From the NCBI GenBank assembly GCA_016390365.1, contig GCA_016390365.1_3043.1: 64,000 nt of DNA, one strand, 5' to 3'. Each line of letters starts with the position of its first letter. Positions within the stretch are counted from its first letter, which is position 1. Made by a program: the position numbers and the translations under genes. The notes beneath the pieces were generated by a model. That model was not told the DNA's origin. It searched no databases and was given only the letters and a program-made list of their open reading frames with translations. This document shows, one piece after another, positions 17,849 to 27,197 of the stretch. The stretch comes from a phage.

Positions 17849-18778
17849 ATGAAAACTCGTAAACATTATATTGATTATTTTGACAGTCTTATTACTAAAC
17901 ATCGTAATTATCAGATAGGGCACAGAGCAGTAATCAATAATATTCTTCGTGATTTCCTTCAATATGTTGGCCAGGAAAATCATATCTGTAAAGATACTCA
18001 AAACGCTTATTCTCATTCGTTAGGCAATTTGCTTGAATGGTTTAAACGTTCTCGTATGTTATCTTCTACTGTAGCTCGCGATAACATTAAAAACTTTATG
18101 AAGCCGAGCTTCATTAAATCTGAGACATCTATAACCGATTTGGTTGAATTTACTATTGTTAACGATGTTAAAAAGACTCATTTGGCTGATTGGTTATCTA
18201 CCATTCCCGAAACTAAATTTGCTGATAAATTCGCTTGTCAATTCAATGACCAAGTGAATATGCTTTTTAAGCATGCTCGTAAACTATTTACCGCGGGCGA
18301 TGACCGTACAAATACAGTTCATGTTAAGGATTGGGTTATTGCTGATGAAGTAACACACAAGCCAGGTGGTTCATCAGTATTAATTAATATCCAGGTTCCT
18401 TATTATTACTCACGTAATCTCGGCACCATGACAGCTAGAGAAATTAATAAGCACAACAAAATTATTCGTTCGTTGTCTTATAAACTCTGCACGATGGTGG
18501 AGATGATGGACGTAGTGGAAATGTATGACGAAACCGAAGATAATGGTTCAATGCTGTACAGTTCACGCATTCTAATTAAACTGAAGAACCCTAATACATA
18601 TAAGCAAGTTGTAAAAGAACCTAAAGCAGAAAAGGCTGATAATCTGAGTGAAGAACGCGAATATCTCAATGCTCGTTTGATTGAAGTTGAAGCCCAAATT
18701 GCAGAACACACCAAATTGTTAAAAGCTCTTAATGCAAAAGCAAATGGTTTACGTAATGCTATTGAGGTATTGAAATGA
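17849..18778 (+). CDS. hypothetical protein, member of tandem paralog family with C-terminal coiled coil
   Basis: MKTRKHYIDYF N-terminus; C-terminal coiled coil EEREYLNARLIEVEAQIAEHTKLLKAL. Confidence 0.55.
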   Translation: MKTRKHYIDYFDSLITKHRNYQIGHRAVINNILRDFLQYVGQENHICKDTQNAYSHSLGNLLEWFKRSRMLSSTVARDNIKNFMKPSFIKSETSITDLVEFTIVNDVKKTHLADWLSTIPETKFADKFACQFNDQVNMLFKHARKLFTAGDDRTNTVHVKDWVIADEVTHKPGGSSVLINIQVPYYYSRNLGTMTAREINKHNKIIRSLSYKLCTMVEMMDVVEMYDETEDNGSMLYSSRILIKLKNPNTYKQVVKEPKAEKADNLSEEREYLNARLIEVEAQIAEHTKLLKALNAKANGLRNAIEVLK

Positions 18779-19089
18779 AAAAGCGTCTATTAGAAGACAT
18801 TGCAGCTTCAAGTAATTCCAGTTTAATTAAAATTATTATGGCCGGTGAAGAAGACGATTTGGAAATGCGTGGAAAGATTCATGGTTGTGATGATTATAGC
18901 AGCCCTATTAATTGGGATTCTGTAATGGTCATGGTTGAACGCCGCGAACGTGCTTCTAAAAACGTTCCTAATTGCCCTGAATGTGGAACTGAACAGGTGC
19001 AATTGGTCCATTGGCAGACTAGTAATCTTCGTTATAAATGTCGCCATTGTAAACACCGATTTGACCGAGAAGAAAATGACAAAGCGTAA
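18775..19089 (+). CDS. hypothetical zinc-ribbon protein
   Basis: CPECG...CRHCKH C-terminal CxxC pair. Confidence 0.5.
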   Translation: MKKRLLEDIAASSNSSLIKIIMAGEEDDLEMRGKIHGCDDYSSPINWDSVMVMVERRERASKNVPNCPECGTEQVQLVHWQTSNLRYKCRHCKHRFDREENDKA

Positions 19090-19318
19090 AGAATATATGG
19101 AGGCTGCTGAAAAGGCAGTCCGTGAATTAGCAATAGCTTATTATAATGAACACGGTAAATTTCCTGATAGATACAGCGTGCTTAAATCTGCTTTAACTCG
19201 TTCATATAAAAATATGCTATCAGAAGTAAGTGATATTATATACAAACATAAAGAACAAACAGGCCAAAGTCTTGATTACGACGAGACTTTTAAACAAGTA
19301 TTAGGAATTAAGGAATAA
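19076..19318 (+). CDS. hypothetical protein
   Basis: start ATG 19076 (MTKRKEY), overlaps upstream stop. Confidence 0.45.
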   Translation: MTKRKEYMEAAEKAVRELAIAYYNEHGKFPDRYSVLKSALTRSYKNMLSEVSDIIYKHKEQTGQSLDYDETFKQVLGIKE

Positions 19319-19319
19319 T

Positions 19320-19583
19320 ATGTTTAAAGTATATGGTTATGATAGCAACATCCACAAATGCGTGTATTGCGATAATGCAAAACGTCTTTTGACCGTGAAG
19401 AAACAGCCGTTTGAATTTATCAACATTATGCCGGAAAAAGGTGTTTTTGATGATGAGAAAATCGCTGAGCTTCTGACTAAACTAGGTCGTGATACTCAAA
19501 TCGGCTTAACAGTGCCTCAGGTATTTGCTCCTGATGGAAGTCATATTGGTGGATTTGACCAATTGCGGGAATACTTTAAATGA
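19320..19583 (+). CDS. nrdC: thioredoxin/glutaredoxin NrdC
   Basis: 87 aa MFKVYGYDSNIHKCVYCDNAKRLL with CVYC active site, matches recalled T4 NrdC. Confidence 0.95.
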   Translation: MFKVYGYDSNIHKCVYCDNAKRLLTVKKQPFEFINIMPEKGVFDDEKIAELLTKLGRDTQIGLTVPQVFAPDGSHIGGFDQLREYFK

Positions 19584-19795
19584 TGCTCGAAGGAACTGAT
19601 TATATCCATGATTACCGCGGAAGCGCGGTATATGTAGGTGATGAAGTTGCAGTTTACTATGGGTATGGAACTTTAATGACAGCCAAGGTTATTCAAATTA
19701 AAAATAACCGTGCTAAACTCGAAGTTTATTATTCTAATGGCGAAAAGTCTATTTCTAAGTGGAAATACGGCGATTGCATGGTCAAACTGGGGTAA
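19580..19795 (+). CDS. hypothetical protein
   Basis: 71-codon ORF, ATGA coupling. Confidence 0.45.
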   Translation: MMLEGTDYIHDYRGSAVYVGDEVAVYYGYGTLMTAKVIQIKNNRAKLEVYYSNGEKSISKWKYGDCMVKLG

Positions 19796-19797
19796 AT

Positions 19798-19968
19798 ATG
19801 ATTTACGATATTAGTGTATCAAGAACTCCATCAATGGTTACTATTCCAGCTGAAGAACTAGATCGTCTTCAGAAAATTGAAGAGCTTCTTTGGGAAATTG
19901 AATCTGATTTGCCATCAGGACTAGAATCCTGGATTGATTATGAAGAACTTAATAAGCTTCGGGGTTAA
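19798..19968 (+). CDS. hypothetical small protein
   Basis: start ATG 19798 after SD ggggtaaat. Confidence 0.4.
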   Translation: MIYDISVSRTPSMVTIPAEELDRLQKIEELLWEIESDLPSGLESWIDYEELNKLRG

Positions 19969-20072
19969 ACCCTGGTGGGCGGCTAGATGGGAAACTGTAG
20001 AGCCAGAGCCGGAAGAACCGGTTTACACTGATGAAGAAACAGTATATAATGAACCAACGATAAATGACTTAA

Positions 20073-20576
20073 TTGATATGGAGATGGGACATGATTACAG
20101 TAGATAAGTGGTTTAGAATTAATCGTGTTGATACAGGGCTATGTAATTACTGGCCGGAACTTAGTGCAGGTACTGTCTTTAAAGTTCGTGAACTTACAAA
20201 AGAATGTGAAGATGATATAGAGCCTGATACTGGAATTATTGAAATTGAACTTTCCGACGGAAAGATTATTAACATCTATGATAAGCCAATTACGTATTGG
20301 TGCTTGTGGAATACTGAATCCGTTGAAAATGGCGAAATTGAAGAAGTTGTAGAGAGAACTAGCCAAGATGTTCAGAAGCCTAAAGCCGCTTTTCAAGGTG
20401 AACGTATTTCATATGCATTAGCTAAAGTGGCATTGAAAAAAGATATTGATGATTATGAAGGTAACCTGATGCAAGCTGCGGCAGAATATATTGAATGGCT
20501 TGAAACACAAAATTCTTTTTCTGACCAAAAGATTCGGCAATATAAGCGATTGAATCAAATGTTTTACAATACTTGA
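20073..20576 (+). CDS. hypothetical protein at the pin position (possible protease inhibitor Pin)
   Basis: 167 aa; synteny nrdC-x-x-pin-x-49 as recalled for T4; sequence identity to Pin not verifiable. Confidence 0.5.
   Translation: MIWRWDMITVDKWFRINRVDTGLCNYWPELSAGTVFKVRELTKECEDDIEPDTGIIEIELSDGKIINIYDKPITYWCLWNTESVENGEIEEVVERTSQDVQKPKAAFQGERISYALAKVALKKDIDDYEGNLMQAAAEYIEWLETQNSFSDQKIRQYKRLNQMFYNT
20529..20576 (+). repeat. direct repeat copy 1 (3' coding module ...IRQYKRLNQMFYNT)
   Basis: about 80 percent identical to 20742..20789; flanked by aaaattctttttctgac copies at 20509 and 20584. Confidence 0.6.
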
Positions 20577-20612
20577 AAAAACTCAAAATTCTTTTTCTGA
20601 CAAGGCATTTTA

Positions 20613-20789
20613 ATGAAAACCGAATTGGTTTATACTGAAAAGTTAAATGGCGGTAAGGTTTGGAAACTTTTTATTAAAGGACATTCTACGGACCCTCATA
20701 TGACCACTTGCGTAGGAACCTATTCTCGTCCTACTAAAAAGATGATTCGACAGTATAAACGATTGCATCGAATGTTTTACAATACTTAA
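20613..20789 (+). CDS. hypothetical small protein sharing C-terminal module with upstream gene
   Basis: 58 aa ending MIRQYKRLHRMFYNT; not in ORF track. Confidence 0.35.
   Translation: MKTELVYTEKLNGGKVWKLFIKGHSTDPHMTTCVGTYSRPTKKMIRQYKRLHRMFYNT
20742..20789 (+). repeat. direct repeat copy 2 (3' coding module)
   Basis: matches 20529..20576. Confidence 0.6.
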
Positions 20790-20790
20790 A

Positions 20791-20822
20791 AATAATAAAT
20801 ACCCTTATCTATTTAAGGTAAG
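20791..20822 (+). terminator. putative hairpin terminator
   Basis: accctta...taagggt stem followed by ttttatt. Confidence 0.45.
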
Positions 20823-20831
20823 GGTTTTATT

Positions 20832-21305
20832 ATGTTATTGACTGGCAAATTATATAAAGAAGAAAAACAGAAATTTTATGATGCACAAAACGGTAAATGT
20901 TTAATTTGCCAACGAGAACTAAATCCTGATGTTCAAGCTAATCATCTTGATCATGACCATGAATTAAATGGACCAAAAGCAGGAAAGGTACGTGGATTGC
21001 TTTGTAATCTCTGCAATGCTGCAGAAGGTCAAATGAAGCATAAATTTAATCGTTCTGGATTAAAGGGACAAGGTGTTGATTATCTTGAATGGTTAGAAAA
21101 TTTACTTACTTATTTAAAATCCGATTACACCCAAAATAATATTCACCCTAACTTTGTTGGAGATAAATCAAAGGAATTTTCTCGTTTAGGAAAAGAGGAA
21201 ATGATGGCCGAGATGCTTCAAAGAGGATTTGAATATAATGAATCTGACACCAAAACACAGTTAATAGCTTCATTTAAGAAGCAGCTTAGAAAGAGTTTAA
21301 AATGA
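20832..21305 (+). CDS. 49: endonuclease VII (Holliday junction resolvase)
   Basis: 157 aa MLLTGKLYKEEKQKFYDAQNGKCLICQ, matches recalled T4 gp49. Confidence 0.95.
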   Translation: MLLTGKLYKEEKQKFYDAQNGKCLICQRELNPDVQANHLDHDHELNGPKAGKVRGLLCNLCNAAEGQMKHKFNRSGLKGQGVDYLEWLENLLTYLKSDYTQNNIHPNFVGDKSKEFSRLGKEEMMAEMLQRGFEYNESDTKTQLIASFKKQLRKSLK

Positions 21306-23119
21306 CAATTGAAAAAGAAATTGAAGGATTGATTCATAAAACTAATAAAGACCTTTTAAACGAGAATGCTAATAAAGATTCTCGTGTTTTTCCAACTCAA
21401 CGGGACCTTATGGCTGGTATTGTGTCTAAACACATTGCCAAAAATATGGTCCCGTCTTTTATTATGAAAGCGCATGAAAGCGGAATTATTCATTTCCATG
21501 ATATTGATTATTCCCCTGCTCTCCCATTTACTAATTGCTGTTTAGTAGATTTAAAAGGAATGCTTGAAAACGGATTTAAGCTAGGTAATGCGCAGATTGA
21601 AACTCCTAAATCAATTGGCGTTGCTACTGCAATTATGGCGCAAATTACTGCGCAAGTTGCTTCCCATCAATACGGCGGAACGACTTTTGCGAATGTAGAT
21701 AAAGTACTTTCTCCTTATGTTAAACGCACCTATGCAAAACATATTGAGGATGCAGAAAAATGGCAAATCGCTGATGCGTTGAATTATGCTCAATCTAAAA
21801 CAGAAAAAGACGTATACGATGCATTTCAAGCTTATGAATATGAAGTAAACACTCTCTTTAGTTCAAACGGACAAACGCCTTTTGTAACAATTACATTTGG
21901 TACGGGAACTGACTGGACTGAACGAATGATTCAGAAAGCAATTCTGAAAAATCGTATTAAAGGTCTTGGTCGTGATGGGATAACTCCTATTTTCCCTAAG
22001 CTTGTTATGTTTGTTGAAGAAGGTGTTAATCTTTATAAAGACGATCCGAACTATGATATTAAGCAGCTTGCTCTAGAGTGCGCAAGCAAAAGAATGTATC
22101 CTGATATTATTTCAGCTAAGAACAATAAAGCTATCACCGGTTCATCTATTCCTGTTTCTCCGATGGGTTGCCGTAGTTTCTTGAGCGTATGGAAAGATTC
22201 GACTGGTAATGAAATTCTTGATGGACGTAATAATCTTGGTGTTGTAACACTGAATCTTCCTCGTATCGCATTAGATTCTTATATTGGAACACAGTTCAAT
22301 GAACAGAAATTTATCGAATTGTTCAATGAGCGAATGGATTTATGTTTTGAAGCTTTGATGTGTAGAATTAGTTCATTAAAAGGAGTTAAAGCGACTGTTG
22401 CTCCTATTCTTTACCAAGAAGGTGCATTCGGGGTTCGTCTTAAACCTGATGACGACATAATTGAGTTATTTAAAAACGGTAGAAGTTCAGTGTCCCTAGG
22501 ATACATTGGTATTCACGAATTGAATATTCTTGTCGGTCGTGATATTGGACAGGAAATTTTAACTAAAATGAATGCTCGTCTTAAACAGTGGACTGAAAGA
22601 ACCGGTTTTGCTTTTAGCTTGTATTCTACTCCCGCTGAAAACCTTTGTTATCGCTTCTGTAAACTTGATACTGAAAAATATGGAAGTGTAAAAGATGTTA
22701 CTGATAAAGGCTGGTACACTAATAGTTTCCATGTTTCAGTAGAAGAAAATATTACTCCGTTTGAAAAGATTTCTCGCGAAGCCCCATATCATTTCATTGC
22801 GACAGGTGGTCACATTTCTTATGTTGAACTTCCTGATATGAAAAATAACCTAAAAGGTCTTGAGGCTGTCTGGGATTATGCTGCACAACATTTAGATTAT
22901 TTTGGTGTTAATATGCCAGTAGATAAATGTTTTACATGTGGAAGTACCCATGAAATGACTCCTACTGAAAACGGATTTGTTTGTTCTATTTGTGGAGAAA
23001 CTGATCCTAAAAAGATGAACACAATAAGAAGAACATGTGGTTATTTGGGAAATCCGAACGAACGCGGATTTAATCTCGGCAAAAATAAAGAAATCATGCA
23101 TAGGGTTAAGCATCAATGA
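21302..23119 (+). CDS. nrdD: anaerobic ribonucleoside-triphosphate reductase NrdD
   Basis: 605 aa continuous ORF; C-terminal zinc site CFTCGSTHE...CSICG and glycyl-radical region RRTCGYLG. Confidence 0.95.
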   Translation: MTIEKEIEGLIHKTNKDLLNENANKDSRVFPTQRDLMAGIVSKHIAKNMVPSFIMKAHESGIIHFHDIDYSPALPFTNCCLVDLKGMLENGFKLGNAQIETPKSIGVATAIMAQITAQVASHQYGGTTFANVDKVLSPYVKRTYAKHIEDAEKWQIADALNYAQSKTEKDVYDAFQAYEYEVNTLFSSNGQTPFVTITFGTGTDWTERMIQKAILKNRIKGLGRDGITPIFPKLVMFVEEGVNLYKDDPNYDIKQLALECASKRMYPDIISAKNNKAITGSSIPVSPMGCRSFLSVWKDSTGNEILDGRNNLGVVTLNLPRIALDSYIGTQFNEQKFIELFNERMDLCFEALMCRISSLKGVKATVAPILYQEGAFGVRLKPDDDIIELFKNGRSSVSLGYIGIHELNILVGRDIGQEILTKMNARLKQWTERTGFAFSLYSTPAENLCYRFCKLDTEKYGSVKDVTDKGWYTNSFHVSVEENITPFEKISREAPYHFIATGGHISYVELPDMKNNLKGLEAVWDYAAQHLDYFGVNMPVDKCFTCGSTHEMTPTENGFVCSICGETDPKKMNTIRRTCGYLGNPNERGFNLGKNKEIMHRVKHQ

Positions 23120-23586
23120 ATTATGACAGAATATACCCGTGCTGCTTCGTGAATGGCCCTGGATGCAGGACCGTTCTTTTCGTTACAGGTTGTTTGCATA
23201 AATGCGAAGGGTGTTATAATAAATCAACATGGAATGCTAGAAATGGTATTCCATTTACTGGTGAAACACTAGAACAATTAATTGAATGTTTGAATAATGA
23301 TTATATAGAAGGATTAACTATAACTGGAGGAGACCCTCTTTATCCTGATAACAGAGACGTGATTCATTGCATTGTTCAAACAGTAAAAAATCTTTATCCC
23401 AATAAAAGCATTTGGTTGTGGACAGGATATAAATTTGAAGATATTAAACAACTAGAAATGCTTAAATATGTTGATGTTATTATTGATGGGAAGTATGAGA
23501 AAAATCTTCCGACTAAAAAGCTGTGGCGAGGATCAGATAATCAGCGGCTTTGGTCAAATACCGATGGGGTGTGGAAACATGATTAA
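23116..23586 (+). CDS. nrdG: anaerobic RNR activating enzyme NrdG (radical SAM)
   Basis: 156 aa with Cys cluster CRTVLFVTGCLHKCEGC. Confidence 0.9.
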   Translation: MNYDRIYPCCFVNGPGCRTVLFVTGCLHKCEGCYNKSTWNARNGIPFTGETLEQLIECLNNDYIEGLTITGGDPLYPDNRDVIHCIVQTVKNLYPNKSIWLWTGYKFEDIKQLEMLKYVDVIIDGKYEKNLPTKKLWRGSDNQRLWSNTDGVWKHD

Positions 23587-23701
23587 ATTGAATTATATTA
23601 TGGATACTATAAATGATATGATTTTTCATTTTGGTCCAGAATTTTATTCGCAATATAGTTTAGTGCTTATCAATGCTTGGTTAATTAATTAAGGGTAAAA
23701 T

Positions 23702-23917
23702 ATGTATAAATTTCGTAAAGGTTTAGCTGATTTTCTTACAACTGTAACATTCTTTCTGTTTATGGCAGTTGGAGCTATTTTCCTTATTCCTTTTATTGTT
23801 ATATTTTTCGTGATCAGTTTAATTTCTCCAGAAAAGGGCTTATCTTCTAGCGAGTTCAATGAGCGTCTGGATAAAATTACTAACAAACTGAATGCTGTTC
23901 TTGATAAAAAGGCCTAA
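23702..23917 (+). CDS. hypothetical small membrane protein
   Basis: TM segment VTFFLFMAVGAIFLIPFIVIFFVISLI. Confidence 0.45.
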   Translation: MYKFRKGLADFLTTVTFFLFMAVGAIFLIPFIVIFFVISLISPEKGLSSSEFNERLDKITNKLNAVLDKKA

Positions 23918-23919
23918 TT

Positions 23920-24231
23920 ATGATTAGTTTTGAGCGATATGTGGTAGAGAGTTGGAAGGGTTTTGATATGTTCGGTAATGACTATTATTTCTATGAATGT
24001 AGTCTAAATCCTAGTTTTTGGGCTGGACGTGAACGAGATCTCGAAGAAATTAATGCTCGTGTCGAATTGTTAGGTGAACTGCCTACGGTTTATTTTACCT
24101 TTGATGCATCTGGATTTGTTATCCAGGTTTATTTTCCTGAAGAAAACTCTGGTGAGGATTCTGTTAATCCTCCTTATTGGGCTTACCAAGGAATTATTTC
24201 TCGTGGAACAAAACTCGAACTTAAAGAATAA
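23920..24231 (+). CDS. hypothetical protein
   Basis: 103-codon ORF directly upstream of nrdH-like frame. Confidence 0.45.
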   Translation: MISFERYVVESWKGFDMFGNDYYFYECSLNPSFWAGRERDLEEINARVELLGELPTVYFTFDASGFVIQVYFPEENSGEDSVNPPYWAYQGIISRGTKLELKE

Positions 24232-24526
24232 GATTGAAGTCTATGGAATTCCAGATGAAGTAGGTCGTTGTCCTGGATGTCAATCAGTTACAAAACTTCT
24301 AAAGGAGCTCAATGCTCCTTTTACTTTCTATAAAGTTCTTACAAATAATGGTAAGATTGAGTATGATCGTCCACTGATTGTATCTCTTGCTAAACGCGCT
24401 GGATTCACATCTCTTAACATTCGTTATCCAGTCATTTTCATCAATGATTCTAGACAAAAGAACATTAAACACTTCAAAGAAACTCTCATTTCACTTGGAT
24501 ATGATAGAGATATCATAGAAGACTAA
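24203..24526 (+). CDS. nrdH: glutaredoxin-like protein NrdH (start codon uncertain)
   Basis: KIEVYGIPDEVGRCPGCQ with CPGC active site; no nearby in-frame ATG, GTG 24203 used provisionally. Confidence 0.6.
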   Translation: MEQNSNLKNKIEVYGIPDEVGRCPGCQSVTKLLKELNAPFTFYKVLTNNGKIEYDRPLIVSLAKRAGFTSLNIRYPVIFINDSRQKNIKHFKETLISLGYDRDIIED

Positions 24527-24553
24527 GGCGGGCCCTCTGGGCCTTTCTTTCTT
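24527..24553 (+). terminator. putative rho-independent terminator
   Basis: gggccc-tct-gggcc hairpin followed by T-rich tract. Confidence 0.5.
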
Positions 24554-24621
24554 ACATTCTGTATATTACCATTCTAAGCTATCGTTCCCTTCTTGTCATT
24601 CCCTAAAATATTTTTCACAAA

Positions 24622-24656
24622 GTTGTTTACAACAAGTTCAAACCGTGGTATTATTA
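24622..24656 (+). promoter_or_regulatory. early promoter
   Basis: gtttac 24625-24630, 17-bp spacer, cgtggtattat. Confidence 0.5.
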
Positions 24657-24684
24657 ACATATGAATTACCTTTGAGGAATTGAT

Positions 24685-24867
24685 ATGGTTGTGGTTGATA
24701 AAGAAATTAAAAAGGGACAATATTATTTTATTAATGGTAATGTTGTTCGTGTTACTTACGTAAATGGTTATGATGTTTATTATCTTATACTTAAGTTACA
24801 TAAACACATGATTTGTGATCGTGCTGTATTTAGTTCAGTTGCTAAGGAAATTAAACTCCATGGGTAA
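24685..24867 (+). CDS. hypothetical protein
   Basis: 60-codon ORF after SD gaggaa. Confidence 0.4.
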   Translation: MVVVDKEIKKGQYYFINGNVVRVTYVNGYDVYYLILKLHKHMICDRAVFSSVAKEIKLHG

Positions 24868-25153
24868 AACGTATCGTCGTAAAGACTTGAAAGTTCGTGA
24901 TTATGACTATTTCGGAAAGCGTAAAGCTCCTGATGGGGTAAGTCATAAAGATATGGTTGAAAACATTTTTCGTTCAGATAAATGGCGACGTATGCGAGGT
25001 GTTGATTCAGAGGTTAAGAATGAATTGAATCGTCAACTGCGTGGTGAAGTAAGAAAGTTGAAAAAATCAGTTTACATTGACGATGATTTTGATTATAATA
25101 CATCTCAACGAGTTGCTAAGCGCAAATCAAACGAGTGTTATCGTTACAGCTGA
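24860..25153 (+). CDS. hypothetical basic protein
   Basis: start ATG 24860; Arg/Lys-rich. Confidence 0.45.
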   Translation: MGKTYRRKDLKVRDYDYFGKRKAPDGVSHKDMVENIFRSDKWRRMRGVDSEVKNELNRQLRGEVRKLKKSVYIDDDFDYNTSQRVAKRKSNECYRYS

Positions 25154-25160
25154 GGAAAAT

Positions 25161-25292
25161 ATGAATATCAAACGAATGCTTTTTAAGCAGGGGTTATACA
25201 CTTTAAATGTTACTCCAAAAGGCGATACAACTAAGTGGTCAGTAAATGACTGGATTAAATTCATTGATGAAAATGGTAATTGGGAAATTTAA
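25161..25292 (+). CDS. hypothetical small protein
   Basis: 43-aa ORF after SD gaggaaa. Confidence 0.3.
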   Translation: MNIKRMLFKQGLYTLNVTPKGDTTKWSVNDWIKFIDENGNWEI

Positions 25293-25493
25293 ATGAATCC
25301 TGAATCTAAATTATCGCAGCGAATTGCTGAAGAACGCGCCAAATTTTTCCAGAACATGAAACACAATGGTATTGAGGATGAAGTTTTTCTAAATTGGTTC
25401 TGGAATAATAAGTATGCAGCATGCGAAGGAGCTTTGTCATTGTCAGTCGCAATGATGTATGAAGGCTGGAAGGGTGCCAAAAAGTTTAGCTAA
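25293..25493 (+). CDS. hypothetical protein
   Basis: 66-codon ORF followed by terminator. Confidence 0.4.
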   Translation: MNPESKLSQRIAEERAKFFQNMKHNGIEDEVFLNWFWNNKYAACEGALSLSVAMMYEGWKGAKKFS

Positions 25494-25512
25494 GGGCTTC
25501 GGCCCCTTTTTT
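25493..25512 (+). terminator. rho-independent terminator, UUCG tetraloop
   Basis: gggc-ttcg-gccc followed by T7. Confidence 0.6.
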
Positions 25513-25547
25513 GGATAATAAAATTTTAACGTAATTGAGGATAATGT

Positions 25548-25874
25548 ATGACTATTCAAATTAAAAACGCCATTAATTCTTACGCATATGATAAAGTAGT
25601 TTCTTTGCTAGAAAAAGGCGATATTGTAACTCCTCAAATTTTGGATAAATGGGAAAAAGAGCTTCATCAGACGATGAAACAGAATGATCAGAAGATTGGA
25701 CGCAATACTGTCCGTGAATTGTTAGTTCAATATATCTTGTCAGAATTTGATGTTAAAGCTTTTGGCGTAGAATCTAAAGCTTATCAAAAACATGAAATTT
25801 CCGATAAAACTATTCGTCGCATGAAAAATCAACGCAAGAAAAAATTTGCAGACCTGAAAATTACTAAGGTATGA
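25548..25874 (+). CDS. hypothetical protein
   Basis: 108-codon ORF after SD gagga. Confidence 0.45.
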   Translation: MTIQIKNAINSYAYDKVVSLLEKGDIVTPQILDKWEKELHQTMKQNDQKIGRNTVRELLVQYILSEFDVKAFGVESKAYQKHEISDKTIRRMKNQRKKKFADLKITKV

Positions 25875-26092
25875 ATATGAACGAAGCTCTTATTAACGAT
25901 TTACGTCTTGCCGGATATGAAGTAAATACAAACGGCAATGGTTTAACTCAAATTGAAGGAAATGGATTCATCATTGAGTATGAATTTAGCCAATGGTGGT
26001 TATATGCCAATTACGGCGAATTGATTGAATATGTTGACCAATTTGATTCACTAGATGCAGCTCTTGGAGCGGCTAAGTTGATGAATGTATGA
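25871..26092 (+). CDS. hypothetical protein
   Basis: 73-codon ORF, ATGA coupling. Confidence 0.45.
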   Translation: MNMNEALINDLRLAGYEVNTNGNGLTQIEGNGFIIEYEFSQWWLYANYGELIEYVDQFDSLDAALGAAKLMNV

Positions 26093-26358
26093 AATTTATT
26101 AATATTTCTATTACTATTGAAAATTATGGCATTTTCTATGTTGACCAATACATGAAAATTTCATTTTTCCCAAATAAGACTGGTGTTGGATATTGGGAAA
26201 GTCATGTTTCTGAATTAAATGAAAGTGAATATGTTAGCACACATGAAAAGTTTTTAGACTTTTTATATCATGCTGATTTAACTAGTCATTATATAGATAT
26301 TCATGAATTTAAAAAGATGATGGAGAAAGTGTTCCAAGCATACTGTTTACTTAGATAA
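26089..26358 (+). CDS. hypothetical protein
   Basis: 89-codon ORF, ATGA coupling. Confidence 0.4.
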   Translation: MKFINISITIENYGIFYVDQYMKISFFPNKTGVGYWESHVSELNESEYVSTHEKFLDFLYHADLTSHYIDIHEFKKMMEKVFQAYCLLR

Positions 26359-26371
26359 CCGATATCCTCTG

Positions 26372-26400
26372 TGCTTTAAGATAGATCTTCAAATATTATG
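26372..26400 (+). promoter_or_regulatory. candidate MotA-box middle promoter upstream of gene 55
   Basis: TGCTTTA at 26372-26378 followed by AT-rich -10 candidates; spacing not ideal. Confidence 0.4.
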
Positions 26401-26436
26401 ATATAATAGATCTATGAATTGAGCTAAGAGGTGAAA

Positions 26437-26994
26437 ATGTCAGAAACTAAGCCTAAATATAATTACGTAAACAATAAAGAGCTTTTACAAGCTATTATTG
26501 ATTGGAAAACAGAATTAGCAAATAATAAAGACCCAAATAAAGTAGTTCGTCAGAATGATACTATCGGATTAGCCATTATGCTTATTGCAGAAGGCTTATC
26601 TAAGCGTTTCAACTTTTCAGGATACACCCAGTCTTGGAAACAAGAAATGATTGCAGATGGTATAGAAGCTTCTATTAAGGGGCTTCACAATTTTGATGAA
26701 ACGAAATATAAAAACCCACATGCATATATAACTCAAGCTTGTTTTAATGCATTCGTCCAACGTATTAAAAAAGAACGTAAGGAAGTTGCAAAGAAATATA
26801 GTTACTTCGTTCACAATGTCTATGACAGTCGTGACGACGATATGGTTGCGTTAGTAGATGAAACTTTTATTCAAGACATCTACGATAAAATGACGCATTA
26901 CGAAGAATCAACCTATAGAACACCGGGGGCTGAAAAGAAAAGTGTTGTAGACGATTCTCCTAGTTTGGATTTTTTATATGAGGCTAACGATTAA
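26437..26994 (+). CDS. 55: late sigma factor gp55
   Basis: 185 aa [24 protein letters not shown] matches recalled T4 gp55; track start 26431 is GTG. Confidence 0.95.
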
Positions 26995-27196
26995 CCTCTC
27001 CGGATTCTTGGAAGAAATACCTGAAGTTGAAGCTATTCCCTATTTACTTAAAATGTATCTCAGGGAAGTTTTAGCTCTTGACATTGATATTGATCCAGAA
27101 AATCCGTACGATACCGCTTTTAAATCTAATGGTGTAGAATTAAATTACAGGTATCATTTAACAGATGATGATTTTTATTTTATATTAGAGAAATAA
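26978..27196 (+). CDS. hypothetical protein
   Basis: 72-codon ORF overlapping 55 stop. Confidence 0.4.
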
Positions 27197-27197
27197 T

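Noticed and set aside
21302-23119. Group I intron or homing endonuclease within nrdD
   Set aside because: The ORF is continuous over 605 codons with no internal stop or inserted endonuclease ORF
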